A stretch of 64,000 nucleotides of DNA, taken from NCBI GenBank assembly GCA_023430545.1, contig JAEZAF010000199.1, positions 4,778 through 68,777 of the forward strand, in the 5' to 3' direction. The notes beneath the pieces were generated by a model. The model was not told the origin of the DNA. It was given only the letters and a program-made list of their open reading frames with translations, and searched no databases. The position numbers and the translations under genes were made by a program. The stretch is from Chloroflexota bacterium. Its GTDB lineage: Bacteria > Chloroflexota > Anaerolineae > Aggregatilineales > Phototrophicaceae. This document shows, piece after piece, positions 1 to 8,096 of this stretch. Numbering within the stretch: the first letter of the stretch is position 1; the number at the start of each line of letters is the position of its first letter.

Positions 1-750
1 CGTTTCCCAGATACTACGGTTGACAATCGTTTCGTATGGTTCACCGAGATGCTTGGGGATATTCTCGCGGATACGGTCGAACAGCACGATCGTGTCCTGA
101 ACGGAGTACCCAACGGTGGTCAGCACTGCTGTAAGAAACAGTGCATCGATTTCCCAGCCCAACAGCAGGCCCAGCAGAGACATCAGCCCCATGACGATGA
201 TCACGTCATGCAGCATTGCGCCGACGGCGCACAAACCATAGCGCCACGCATTCGGCACCTGACGGAAGGCCAGTACAATAAAACCAGTCACGATGGCGCA
301 TGCGACCAGTACAGCCACAACCGCAGCTCGCGCAACTTCACTGCCGATGGTCTGAGAGACGGTCTCAATGGAGAGGCGGTTTTCATCCAGCGGTGCGATC
401 TGGTTCAACTCTGCCTGAATAGCTTCGGATGTCTGCTGATCCTGCGGAATGGAGCCGCGTACCGACCAGCGATAAGTTTCCGCAGCATCGACAGCTTCGG
501 TGGTATCCCGAAGCTGCTGAATGCTGACATCGGAATCGCCATACTGCGCGAACACATCACGGATATTGTCTTCGTTGGCCCCCGGCCCGGTAAAGGTGAG
601 GTCATAAATCGTCCCACCAACAAAGTCGATGCTCAGGCGGAAGGGGGCGCCGGTTGCCAGCGTGGAATAGATCATGATCAGGATGCTGGGGATCACCACG
701 CAAGCTGAAATCAGAAAGAACCAACGGCGTTTTTCGACGATATTAAACAT
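1..750 (-). CDS. secF: Protein translocase subunit SecF, C-terminal part cut by window edge
   Basis: Hand translation of the minus strand from ATG 750-748 (AGGAGAA RBS upstream) gives MFNIVEKRRWFFLISACVVIPSILIM...GYSVQDTIVLFDRIRENIPKH, open to position 1. It starts 31 nt after the secD stop. It is absent from the ORF track because no stop codon lies in the window. Confidence 0.85.
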   Translation of the reverse strand, partial: MFNIVEKRRWFFLISACVVIPSILIMIYSTLATGAPFRLSIDFVGGTIYDLTFTGPGANEDNIRDVFAQYGDSDVSIQQLRDTTEAVDAAETYRWSVRGSIPQDQQTSEAIQAELNQIAPLDENRLSIETVSQTIGSEVARAAVVAVLVACAIVTGFIVLAFRQVPNAWRYGLCAVGAMLHDVIIVMGLMSLLGLLLGWEIDALFLTAVLTTVGYSVQDTIVLFDRIRENIPKHLGEPYETIVNRSIWET

Positions 751-781
751 GGATATTCTTCTCCTCTAAACGCCGAAGTGG

Positions 782-2206
782 TCAGACACCCAACAGCCAT
801 TTACGTTCGGACAGCGGCTGATACAGCCCACCGACCAGCAGATACAGGAAAGTACGTGTGACAATGACTGCGGTAAAGAGATTGACAATCAGGCCCAGCG
901 CCAAGGTCACGGCGAAACCGCTGACGATACTCGCCCCCGGTGTCAGACCAAAGAGAAACAGCACGGCACAGATGATGATCGTTGAGAGATTAGAGTCGCG
1001 GATCGAAATCCATGCGCGATTGAAGCCGGAGTCAAGTGCTTCGTTCAGCGGCTTCCCGGATCGTAGTTCTTCTTTCACACGCTCGAAGATCAGGATATTG
1101 CCGTCCACCGCCGTTCCAATCGAGATCAGGAATCCGGTGATAGCTGGCAGCGTCAGTGTGACCGGGATCAGCTTGAACAGCGCCAGATTCAGCAGGATAA
1201 AGACGATCAGAGCCAGATCTGCGGCAATCCCCGGAACGCGGTAATAAATCAGCATAAATGTCAGCACAATGATCACGCCGATTACGCCAGCGCGGATACT
1301 CTGATCGACGGATGCCTGTCCCAATGTAGCACCGACGAATGCCGAACTCTCGACTCGCAGCGGGATTGGAAGTGCGCCTGAACGAAGCTGAAGCGCGAGC
1401 TGTCGGGCATCATCCTCGGTGAAATCCCCTTCAATGGAGCCACCATCAGTCAACTGAGCGCGGATATACGGTGCAGATATCACCACACCGTCCAGCACAA
1501 TTGCCATCGGCTGGTTGATATTCTGTGCGGTATAAGGGCCGAAGACGCTGCCACCCTCAGCATTCAGCTCAAACTGGATCAGCCACTGTGAGTTATTGGG
1601 ATTGAACTGCGCCTGTGCTGCGGAGAGGCCGGCACCGGTCATCACGGTTTCAAATGGCAGGCCGGTATTGGGGTTTACAGCACCCTGTACCTCTTCAGCG
1701 CCGGTCTCTTCTGGTGAACTCGCCTCACGTGCCTGCTGAATACGAACCTGTTCCGTCGTCCTCACTCGCTGATCGATCAGTCCGTCCACCTGTCCCTGTG
1801 AAAGTCCAGAGAAACTGACAAACTCGAGCAGCGCGGTTTGCTGAATGGTTTCAATCGCCTGAGCAGGATCGGTCACACCGGGAAGCTCCACCAGAATACG
1901 ACTGTCACCCTGCGTCTGTGTAGTGGCTTCGGTCAAACCAAGCGCATTCACACGGCGGTCAACGCTGTTGGCCGTTTCGCGAAGATCGTCTGGTGTAAAC
2001 TGATCAGGCGGAAGTTCGGCCTGTAATAACACACGCAGCCCACCGACCAGATCCAGCCCCAGACTTTGGGTCACGCTGAAATCGATCTCCGGTGTCCCGT
2101 CGTTATTCAGATCGAGGCGCAGACCTTCGGTCGACGGCAGGCTGACCCATAAGGCAAATGCCGACAGGATCACAATAACAATTAACCAGCGGGTATTTCG
2201 ACCCAT
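782..2206 (-). CDS. secD: Protein translocase subunit SecD
   Basis: 474-aa ORF with an N-terminal signal anchor, a large extracytoplasmic domain and a C-terminal multi-TM block carrying the SecD/F-type motif GTAVDGNILIFERVKEE. It is followed directly by secF. Confidence 0.9.
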   Translation of the reverse strand: MGRNTRWLIVIVILSAFALWVSLPSTEGLRLDLNNDGTPEIDFSVTQSLGLDLVGGLRVLLQAELPPDQFTPDDLRETANSVDRRVNALGLTEATTQTQGDSRILVELPGVTDPAQAIETIQQTALLEFVSFSGLSQGQVDGLIDQRVRTTEQVRIQQAREASSPEETGAEEVQGAVNPNTGLPFETVMTGAGLSAAQAQFNPNNSQWLIQFELNAEGGSVFGPYTAQNINQPMAIVLDGVVISAPYIRAQLTDGGSIEGDFTEDDARQLALQLRSGALPIPLRVESSAFVGATLGQASVDQSIRAGVIGVIIVLTFMLIYYRVPGIAADLALIVFILLNLALFKLIPVTLTLPAITGFLISIGTAVDGNILIFERVKEELRSGKPLNEALDSGFNRAWISIRDSNLSTIIICAVLFLFGLTPGASIVSGFAVTLALGLIVNLFTAVIVTRTFLYLLVGGLYQPLSERKWLLGV

Positions 2207-2261
2207 AAAGTACCTTTCGCCTTATCAGCAAGCGGATTTAAAGGCGTGTCGCTCGCACCGC

Positions 2262-2309
2262 GCCTGTTAGCATGTTTGCCTGTTAGCATGTTTGCCTGTT
2301 AGCATGTTT
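2262..2309. repeat. Perfect 3 x 16-bp tandem repeat GCCTGTTAGCATGTTT in the yajC-secD spacer
   Basis: Read directly: units at 2262-2277, 2278-2293 and 2294-2309 are identical. The repeat lies in the 139-bp gap between yajC and secD. Confidence 0.95.
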
Positions 2310-2345
2310 CTTCATCTGCTTCTTCAAGCGTGGGAATAGTGGTCG

Positions 2346-2672
2346 TCACTGTGTCGTCTGCTCCGAGGAGCGCAGGCCCTTCTGGGCATTCTCTGCCAGT
2401 TCCTGAGGATCAAATGCCTGCAGAAGCGACGCCGTGATGGTACGGACAACGATCCCATCCGCCAGTTCGACATAGGCGATACCCTCTTCAGCGCGGATGT
2501 CAAGCACACGCCCGATAATGCCCCCTGCGGTAATCACTTCATCACCTTCAGCAAGGGTTCGGACAAAACTCTGCCGTTTCTGAAAATCACGCTGTCGGGG
2601 GAAAATAACGAGGGACCAATAGGCACCAAGCAGCAACACCATCACAAAGCTAAAGACAACAAACTCCGACAT
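2346..2672 (-). CDS. yajC: Preprotein translocase subunit YajC
   Basis: MSEFVVFSFVMVLLLGAYWSLVIFPRQRDFQKRQ...EGDEVITAGGIIGRV shows a single TM plus the YajC motif. ATG 2672 is preceded by GGAG; the longer track ORF (2738) is probably an upstream extension. It sits upstream of secDF. Confidence 0.85.
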   Translation of the reverse strand: MSEFVVFSFVMVLLLGAYWSLVIFPRQRDFQKRQSFVRTLAEGDEVITAGGIIGRVLDIRAEEGIAYVELADGIVVRTITASLLQAFDPQELAENAQKGLRSSEQTTQ

Positions 2673-2703
2673 TGAAGGACTCCAAAGCGACAAACCATCA
2701 GCG

Positions 2704-2731
2704 ATTATAGCGCTATCAAACAGGCATACAA
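2704..2731 (-). promoter_or_regulatory. Candidate sigma70-type promoter for yajC-secDF (TTGTAT-16-TATAAT on minus strand)
   Basis: Minus-strand hexamers TTGTAT (2731-2726) and TATAAT (2709-2704) with a 16-bp spacer, about 30 nt upstream of the yajC ATG. Confidence 0.4.
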
Positions 2732-2769
2732 CGGTCACTTTTTAAGCGTGGCCTCATCTCAGGTTATCA

Positions 2770-2798
2770 TTGACGGTCCGATAAGGGGCATGTATACT
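2770..2798 (+). promoter_or_regulatory. Candidate sigma70-type promoter of the T-box leader (TTGACG-17-TATACT)
   Basis: TTGACG 2770-2775, 17-bp spacer, TATACT 2793-2798 with TG immediately upstream. It sits about 35 nt before Stem I of the T-box. Confidence 0.55.
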
Positions 2799-2831
2799 GA
2801 CGCTGGAAATCGAATCACATAATTCAATAAT

Positions 2832-3105
2832 CAATGATGTCGACCGGGTAGAGTACAGTGATCCCCTGCTGACAGAGAGTACAGGTCACCGGCTGAAAGC
2901 CTGTACCAGCAAAGCCACTGGAAGGTCCCCCGCGAGTTGCCGACCTGAACGGGTATTCCCCTGATAAGTGAGGCCGGGTTCGCCCGTTAAAGCGATAATG
3001 AGCGCCAGAGGCTGTGTGGGATGTCCCATGCCAGCAGTCTGGAATCAAGGTGGTACCGCGAAAGTAAACCCTTTCGTCCTTGTTTACAGGACGAAAGGGT
3101 TTTTT
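2832..3105 (+). promoter_or_regulatory. T-box riboswitch leader (tRNA-sensing), predicted specifier GUC (Val)
   Basis: AGAGUA S-turn 2850-2855; helix CAGUG/CACUG 2856-2860/2916-2920; AG bulge AGAGA 2874-2878; distal hairpin 2879-2906; specifier loop GAAGGUCC 2921-2928; canonical T-box AAUCAAGGUGGUACCGCG 3043-3060; terminator 3067-3105. Confidence 0.8.
3067..3105 (+). terminator. Intrinsic terminator of the T-box leader
   Basis: 14-bp stem AACCCTTTCGTCCT / AGGACGAAAGGGTT, 7-nt loop, then a T6 run. Its 5' half can alternatively pair with the T-box sequence to form the antiterminator. Confidence 0.85.
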
Positions 3106-3154
3106 GTTTGAATGCACAAAATCAGATGTTGGGTTGGATATTTTCGAGGATAAG

Positions 3155-3940
3155 ATGACCCGCAGTAATGATACAAACAAGTTTTACGACTCGGTGGCAG
3201 AATACTATCCCCTGTTTTACCGCGACTGGGAAACACAGCTCGACCGTGAAGGGTTGAGTCTGCGTGCCCTCTTCCGCAACAAGGGTGTCACCCGTGTACT
3301 GGATGCTTCCTGTGGGGCCGGTACGCAGTCCATCTCACTGGCACGACTGGGTTTCGACGTTGTCGCCGCAGATCCCAGCCCCGGCATGCTGAATAAGGCG
3401 AAAAGCAACGCTGCCCAGTACGGTGTGGACTCCAAAATCGAGTTCCACTGCACGGACTTTTTACATCTAACGGATAAAGTAAACGGGCCATTTGACGCGA
3501 TTGTCACCAAAGGCAGTGCCCTGCCCCATCTACTGTTGGATGATGAGATCGAACTGGCACTCCATATCTTTTATGACCTGCTGCGGCCTGGTGGGATGCT
3601 GGTCATCGGCATGCGAGACTTTGAACCGTTCATGGAAGATCGACCGCGCTTCCTGCCTGGTTTTGTCCATGACGAGGAGTCAGGCGAAGAAGTTGTCACC
3701 TTTGATCTGTGGGAATGGCACGACGGTCCGCCAGTCATCGCCACCCGCAACCTTTTTATCGTCAAGGGAAGCGATGAACACGGATACGAAACCATCAAGC
3801 GGCAGGTAATGTTCCGTCCGCTTTCGACCGATGAGGTCAAAGTCGTCTTACTCGAAGCCGGCTTCGAGGAGATCACCGACCAGCCAGACCGTGCCGAGCG
3901 CGTTCTGGTCGCACGTAAACCACTCGGTGCCAGTCAATAG
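3155..3940 (+). CDS. Class I SAM-dependent methyltransferase
   Basis: Motif I VLDASCGAGTQS and an overall Rossmann-type methyltransferase pattern. ATG 3155 is preceded by GAGGA; the track start 3080 lies inside the terminator hairpin. Confidence 0.75.
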   Translation: MTRSNDTNKFYDSVAEYYPLFYRDWETQLDREGLSLRALFRNKGVTRVLDASCGAGTQSISLARLGFDVVAADPSPGMLNKAKSNAAQYGVDSKIEFHCTDFLHLTDKVNGPFDAIVTKGSALPHLLLDDEIELALHIFYDLLRPGGMLVIGMRDFEPFMEDRPRFLPGFVHDEESGEEVVTFDLWEWHDGPPVIATRNLFIVKGSDEHGYETIKRQVMFRPLSTDEVKVVLLEAGFEEITDQPDRAERVLVARKPLGASQ

Positions 3941-4007
3941 CCAACCAAACTCTATAAGCCAAGCATACTCAACCACAGATTGCCGTATACAGGCAAGGAG
4001 ACTTTCA

Positions 4008-6644
4008 ATGACAGCAGTGGAAAAAAATCAGAAGCAGATGCCCAAGAACTTCGACTTCGCCGAGGCCGAGGCTCGTATCTATCGGTGGTGGGAGGAAAAC
4101 GGGTGGTTCCGGCCAGAGGTCGCAGGGAAAGATGCTGAACCGTATGTGATCAGCATGCCGCCTCCTAATGTGACTGGCGCACTGCACATGGGACATGCCC
4201 TTTTCACCTCACTTGAGGATCTGATGACACGTTACGAGCGCATGCGCGGTCGTGCCGCGCTGTGGGTGCCCGGTACCGATCATGCCGGGATCGCCACACA
4301 GCTTCAGGTTGAGAAGATGCTTCAGGAAGAAGGCACCAGTCGGGAAGAAGTTGGTCGGGAAGAATTCCTCGCCCGTACCTGGGCATGGAAGGAGCGCTAC
4401 GGCAATCGGATTACCGACCAGCTCCGCCGGATGGGGGCAAGCTGTGACTGGACCCGTGAGCGCTTTACATTGGATGATGGACTGTCGAAGGCGGTGCAGG
4501 AAGTCTTTATTACCCTGTGGGAACAGGGGCTGATCTACCGTGGTCCGCGTCTCGTGAACTGGAGCCCAGGGCTTCAGACCGCTGTTTCCGATCTCGAAGT
4601 GGATCGCGAAGAGGAAAACGGCAAACTCTACTTCTTCAACTATCCGATTGAAGGCGGCGAGTTCCTGCCGGTGGCGACCACCCGTCCGGAGACAATTCTG
4701 GGTGATACCGCTGTGTGCGTCCATCCTGATGATCCACGCTATCAGAAGTTCATTGGCAAGAAAGCCTATGTGCCGATTCTCAACCGCGAGATCCCGGTGA
4801 TCGCCGATGAATACGTTGATCCTGAGTTCGGGACCGGCGCACTGAAGATCACTCCGGCGCACGACTTCAACGACTACACTATCGGTCAGAAGCATGGCCT
4901 ACCTCTGATTAACGTCATGACACGCAAGGCGACCATCAACGAGAACGGCGGCCCTTATACCGGACTGGATCGCTTCGAATGCCGTAAGCAGATCTGGGCG
5001 GATATGGAAAAAGCAGGCCTGACGATCAAGGCGGAAGACCGTGTGATGGTCGTGCCCCGCAGCCAGCGTGGTGGTGAGGTGATCGAGCCACTTATCAGCA
5101 CGCAGTGGTTCCTCAAGATCCAGCCCCTCGCTGAAAAGGCATTGAAGGCTGTGCAGGATGGTGAGATCGAGATCGTGCCAGAGCGCTTTGAGAAAATCTA
5201 CTATCACTGGCTGGAAAACATCGAAGACTGGTGCATCAGCCGTCAGCTCTGGTGGGGTCATCGCATCCCAGCGTGGATTCACACCAGCGGCGAGATTTAC
5301 GTGGGCAAAGAAGCTCCAAAGGGGGACGGCTGGACACCGGAAGAAGATGTTCTGGATACGTGGTTCAGCAGTGGTCTGTGGCCCTTCAGCACACTTGGAT
5401 GGCCGGAAAACACACCGGACCTTCAGCGCTACTATCCCACACATATGATGGAAACGGGTTATGACATCCTGTTCTTCTGGGTGGCGCGTATGATCATGAT
5501 GGGGCTGTGGTTCACGGATAAACCACCATTCAAGACGGTATACCTGCATGGTCTGGTGCGGGATGCCCAGGGGCGTAAGATCAGCAAAACGCTTGGCAAC
5601 ACGGTTGACCCCGTGGAACTGATCGACAAGTACGGGGCGGACCCACTGCGCTTCACACTGGTGACCAGCGGCACACCCGGTAATGATGTGAACCTCGACC
5701 CGAACCGTGTGGAGAGCGAGTGGAAATTCATCAACAAGATCTGGCAGATGACCAACTTCATCACCGGCAATCTGGAGGGTGAACTGGAGCCAGGTGTCCC
5801 TGCCGCATCGACACTGGACCTGCCATCGCGCTGGCTGCTGAGTCGCCTGAACCGCCTGACATCGAACGTTCAGAAGCTGTTCGATATCTATCAGTATGGT
5901 GAGGCGGGGCGTCAGGTTCGCAGCTTCCTTTGGGATGAATTCGCAGACTGGTACATCGAGATCAGCAAGCACGCGCTTTACGGTGAAGATCAGACCGCCA
6001 GGAAGACGACACTGCGCGTACTGGTTCACACACTGGATACCTGCCTGCGTCTGCTCCATCCGTTTATGCCATTTGTGACCGAAGAAATCTGGAGCTTCCT
6101 GCCGAACAATCGCCAACCGCTGATCATCAGCAAGTGGCCGGAAGCCGATACCAGCGCCATCAACGATCAGGTGGAAGCCCAGATGGATGTGCTGATGGAG
6201 ATGGTACGGGGCATCCGTAATGTGCGCCTGGAATATGATGTGGATGCCAGCCGGCGCATCGGGATTGCCGTTGCACCGGGCAGCCATAGCGAGAATATCC
6301 GGGCCTATGATTACCTGTTCGCACGGCTGTGCAATGTGAATGACCTCCAGCTTCACGCTGGCCCAGCCCCGGACGATTCTGCATCCGTGGTGGTGAGTGA
6401 TGTGACGGTGTATCTGCCGTTGAAGGGTCTGATTGACTACACTGCTGAGATCGAGCGACTGTCGAAGGAACAAGCCAAACTTCAGGAACAGATCACGAAA
6501 TCAGAAGCCACCCTCTCCAACGAGAACTTCGTGGCACGCGCCCGCCCGGACGTGGTCCAGCGTGAGCGTGACAAGCTGAAGGAACTTCAGGCCAGCGCTC
6601 ACCAGATCGAGGTCCGGTTACAGGAACTGCGCAGCAAGGTGTAG
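4008..6644 (+). CDS. valS: Valine--tRNA ligase
   Basis: HIGH-type motif PPPNVTGALHMGHA, KMSKS-type motif KISKTLGN and a C-terminal coiled coil. ATG 4008 is preceded by AAGGAG; the track start 3831 overlaps the methyltransferase gene. Confidence 0.95.
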   Translation: MTAVEKNQKQMPKNFDFAEAEARIYRWWEENGWFRPEVAGKDAEPYVISMPPPNVTGALHMGHALFTSLEDLMTRYERMRGRAALWVPGTDHAGIATQLQVEKMLQEEGTSREEVGREEFLARTWAWKERYGNRITDQLRRMGASCDWTRERFTLDDGLSKAVQEVFITLWEQGLIYRGPRLVNWSPGLQTAVSDLEVDREEENGKLYFFNYPIEGGEFLPVATTRPETILGDTAVCVHPDDPRYQKFIGKKAYVPILNREIPVIADEYVDPEFGTGALKITPAHDFNDYTIGQKHGLPLINVMTRKATINENGGPYTGLDRFECRKQIWADMEKAGLTIKAEDRVMVVPRSQRGGEVIEPLISTQWFLKIQPLAEKALKAVQDGEIEIVPERFEKIYYHWLENIEDWCISRQLWWGHRIPAWIHTSGEIYVGKEAPKGDGWTPEEDVLDTWFSSGLWPFSTLGWPENTPDLQRYYPTHMMETGYDILFFWVARMIMMGLWFTDKPPFKTVYLHGLVRDAQGRKISKTLGNTVDPVELIDKYGADPLRFTLVTSGTPGNDVNLDPNRVESEWKFINKIWQMTNFITGNLEGELEPGVPAASTLDLPSRWLLSRLNRLTSNVQKLFDIYQYGEAGRQVRSFLWDEFADWYIEISKHALYGEDQTARKTTLRVLVHTLDTCLRLLHPFMPFVTEEIWSFLPNNRQPLIISKWPEADTSAINDQVEAQMDVLMEMVRGIRNVRLEYDVDASRRIGIAVAPGSHSENIRAYDYLFARLCNVNDLQLHAGPAPDDSASVVVSDVTVYLPLKGLIDYTAEIERLSKEQAKLQEQITKSEATLSNENFVARARPDVVQRERDKLKELQASAHQIEVRLQELRSKV

Positions 6645-6755
6645 CTTTTATCAGATCCACCCTCTGCCAGTTAAAAACTTTGTGAGGTGAAAGCGTTTGA
6701 GAGATGGGGTTGCGTTATAATAGGCCCCATCTCTGAGTGATTGGAAAGGTTTACC

Positions 6756-7541
6756 ATGCGCGATATTTCCCCCGTGTTAATCGTGGGATGCGGCTCTGCG
6801 CTGATCTGCACCATCGCCCTCATCCTTGTGGGCATGTCTGCATTCCGGTTCTCTGCCAGATTTGCCTTCCTGCTGCCTGTCATCACGACAGTGATCGGTT
6901 TCTTCACCAAACGTCAGGATGAGGGTGAAAACGCCCAGTATGAACAGCAGCGGATGAACATCACACCACGACAGCCCGCACAGGATATTCGGGCGCGAAC
7001 ACAGGCTTATGATTTCGACGCTGCGGTGGATTACTACCGTCAGCAGAACTCACCCAATCAGCCTTATTCACCGGCCCAGCAGGCCCCACCGACTCTGCCC
7101 TTTACATCACAGAATGCACCGCTGGTGCCGAATTCACCTAATCTGGACAGTCCGGCTATTCAGCCCGGAATCCAGCCGGGACTGCCACCCTATACCACAC
7201 CGGGGCAACCGACACAGCCGACACAATCCACCCGACCCGGACAGCCTACACAGCCCCTGTCTCCGCAGATGCCCCGGCAGACACCGCCACCGCTGCGACC
7301 CACTGGTCAGCCAGCAGCGCCCGGAACCGGTGGCCCCGCGGCCCCGCCTCCGAGTAATCCATCACTGGCAGATGATGATCTGGAACGCTACAGCCTGCGC
7401 AGTCGTTTTCCGCGTGATCGTCCTATTTACGGGAATAATCGCCGGAGCCGCCAGCAGGCCGACGAAAACGAGGACTTCCTCGCTGGTCTGCTTGGCTCCG
7501 AGGAAGAGGCGATGGACGATGGAGACGGCGGTCTGTTCTAG
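6756..7541 (+). CDS. Membrane-anchored Pro/Gln/Thr-rich protein (hypothetical)
   Basis: Two N-terminal hydrophobic helices, then a low-complexity P/Q/T-rich region and an acidic tail. ATG 6756 is preceded by GGAAAGG; the track start 6741 is TTG. Confidence 0.55.
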   Translation: MRDISPVLIVGCGSALICTIALILVGMSAFRFSARFAFLLPVITTVIGFFTKRQDEGENAQYEQQRMNITPRQPAQDIRARTQAYDFDAAVDYYRQQNSPNQPYSPAQQAPPTLPFTSQNAPLVPNSPNLDSPAIQPGIQPGLPPYTTPGQPTQPTQSTRPGQPTQPLSPQMPRQTPPPLRPTGQPAAPGTGGPAAPPPSNPSLADDDLERYSLRSRFPRDRPIYGNNRRSRQQADENEDFLAGLLGSEEEAMDDGDGGLF

Positions 7542-8005
7542 AAATTGCCATGCGTGAACCTCATCTCCTGACCTCTCTGGCAAAACAGGGTTTTAGGGTT
7601 TCATAACACTTTGAAACCGTGGTTTTGCGGCATTTTGCAGCGTTCAGCAGCACTTTGCAGCATTAGTGCGCTGCAATGATGGCGATGCGCCAATGTTCAG
7701 GTTCAAATCCGCTTGCAGCAGCGGCAGCAGCAGCACAGAAAAAGTTGTGCTGCTGCTAAACTTTTGTGGTGAGCATCGAGAAATCTTGTTAACGTGCAGG
7801 TAGTGAAGACACAATTACCTACAGGGACTTTACAGCATAGCACAGATGTTCTCGTTGTGCGGTTAGAATTTTCAAATGATGAAGATGTCAGATTCGCAGC
7901 GGGCGACCACATCGGGTCGCCCCTGCGACTGGGACCACAGGTCGCGATGCATCAGTGGAAGCAGCGGACAACGACATGTAAACATGTTCGGTGTTGTCTT
8001 TACAT

Positions 8006-8040
8006 AGGATGTAAGGAAAGTCTGCCCTGTCCGCCTGAAT
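8006..8040 (-). repeat. 3'-end repeat family, copy G (downstream of purH)
   Basis: The minus strand reads ATTCAGGCGGACAGGGCAGACTTTCCTTACATCCT. It shares AGGCGGACA(C/G)GGCAG and TTACATCC with copy A at 11222-11269. Confidence 0.6.
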
Positions 8041-8096
8041 GGATTTTCAGATGCTCTTTAACCTGATCCTGACATTTTATCGATTGTGCGGCGGGG

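Noticed and set aside
49-708. 219-aa plus-strand ORF at the window start
   Set aside because: It lies entirely antisense to a clear SecF reading frame (hand-translated, 1-750 minus). Its composition is typical of a GC-rich shadow ORF.
2262-2309. Whether the tandem repeat could be a mini CRISPR array
   Set aside because: The units are directly adjacent with no spacers and are only 16 bp long. No cas genes occur anywhere in the window.
2914-2920. GCCACTG, which resembles the B12-box core of cobalamin riboswitches
   Set aside because: It forms the 3' strand of a Stem I helix (CACUG pairing with CAGUG) in the T-box. No other cobalamin riboswitch elements are present.
2824-3180. 118-aa minus-strand ORF between yajC and the methyltransferase gene
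   Set aside because: The region is fully explained on the plus strand by a T-box leader with canonical conserved elements and a terminator.
3831-4007. Upstream extension of the valS ORF (track start 3831)
   Set aside because: It overlaps the end of the methyltransferase gene. ATG 4008 has a consensus AAGGAG RBS and yields a normal ValRS N-terminus.
4899-6473. 524-aa minus-strand ORF
   Set aside because: It is antisense to valS, has no recognisable motifs and is Arg/His/Gln-rich. The similar ORFs at 4209-4895, 10618-11250, 13726-14292, 21735-22664, 31847-32527, 41089-41724, 48081-49019 and 62840-63538 are likewise shadows inside well-supported genes.
7698-7725. GGTTCAAATCC, a tRNA T-loop-like sequence suggesting a tRNA, tRNA fragment or att site
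   Set aside because: The flanking bases cannot form a T-stem (TCAGG versus CCGCT) or an acceptor stem. No cloverleaf can be drawn and no integrase lies nearby.
7703-7912. 69-aa minus-strand ORF ending LFLCCCCRCCKRI
   Set aside because: The Cys run is simply the translation of the GCAGCAGC repeat that forms a 12-bp hairpin. There is no RBS and the sequence is low-complexity.
7935-7975. CAGGTC ... GGAAGCAGC, reminiscent of the SRP (4.5S) RNA domain IV
   Set aside because: The symmetric and asymmetric loop arrangement around a GGAA tetraloop is not reproduced. The similarity is limited to two short words.
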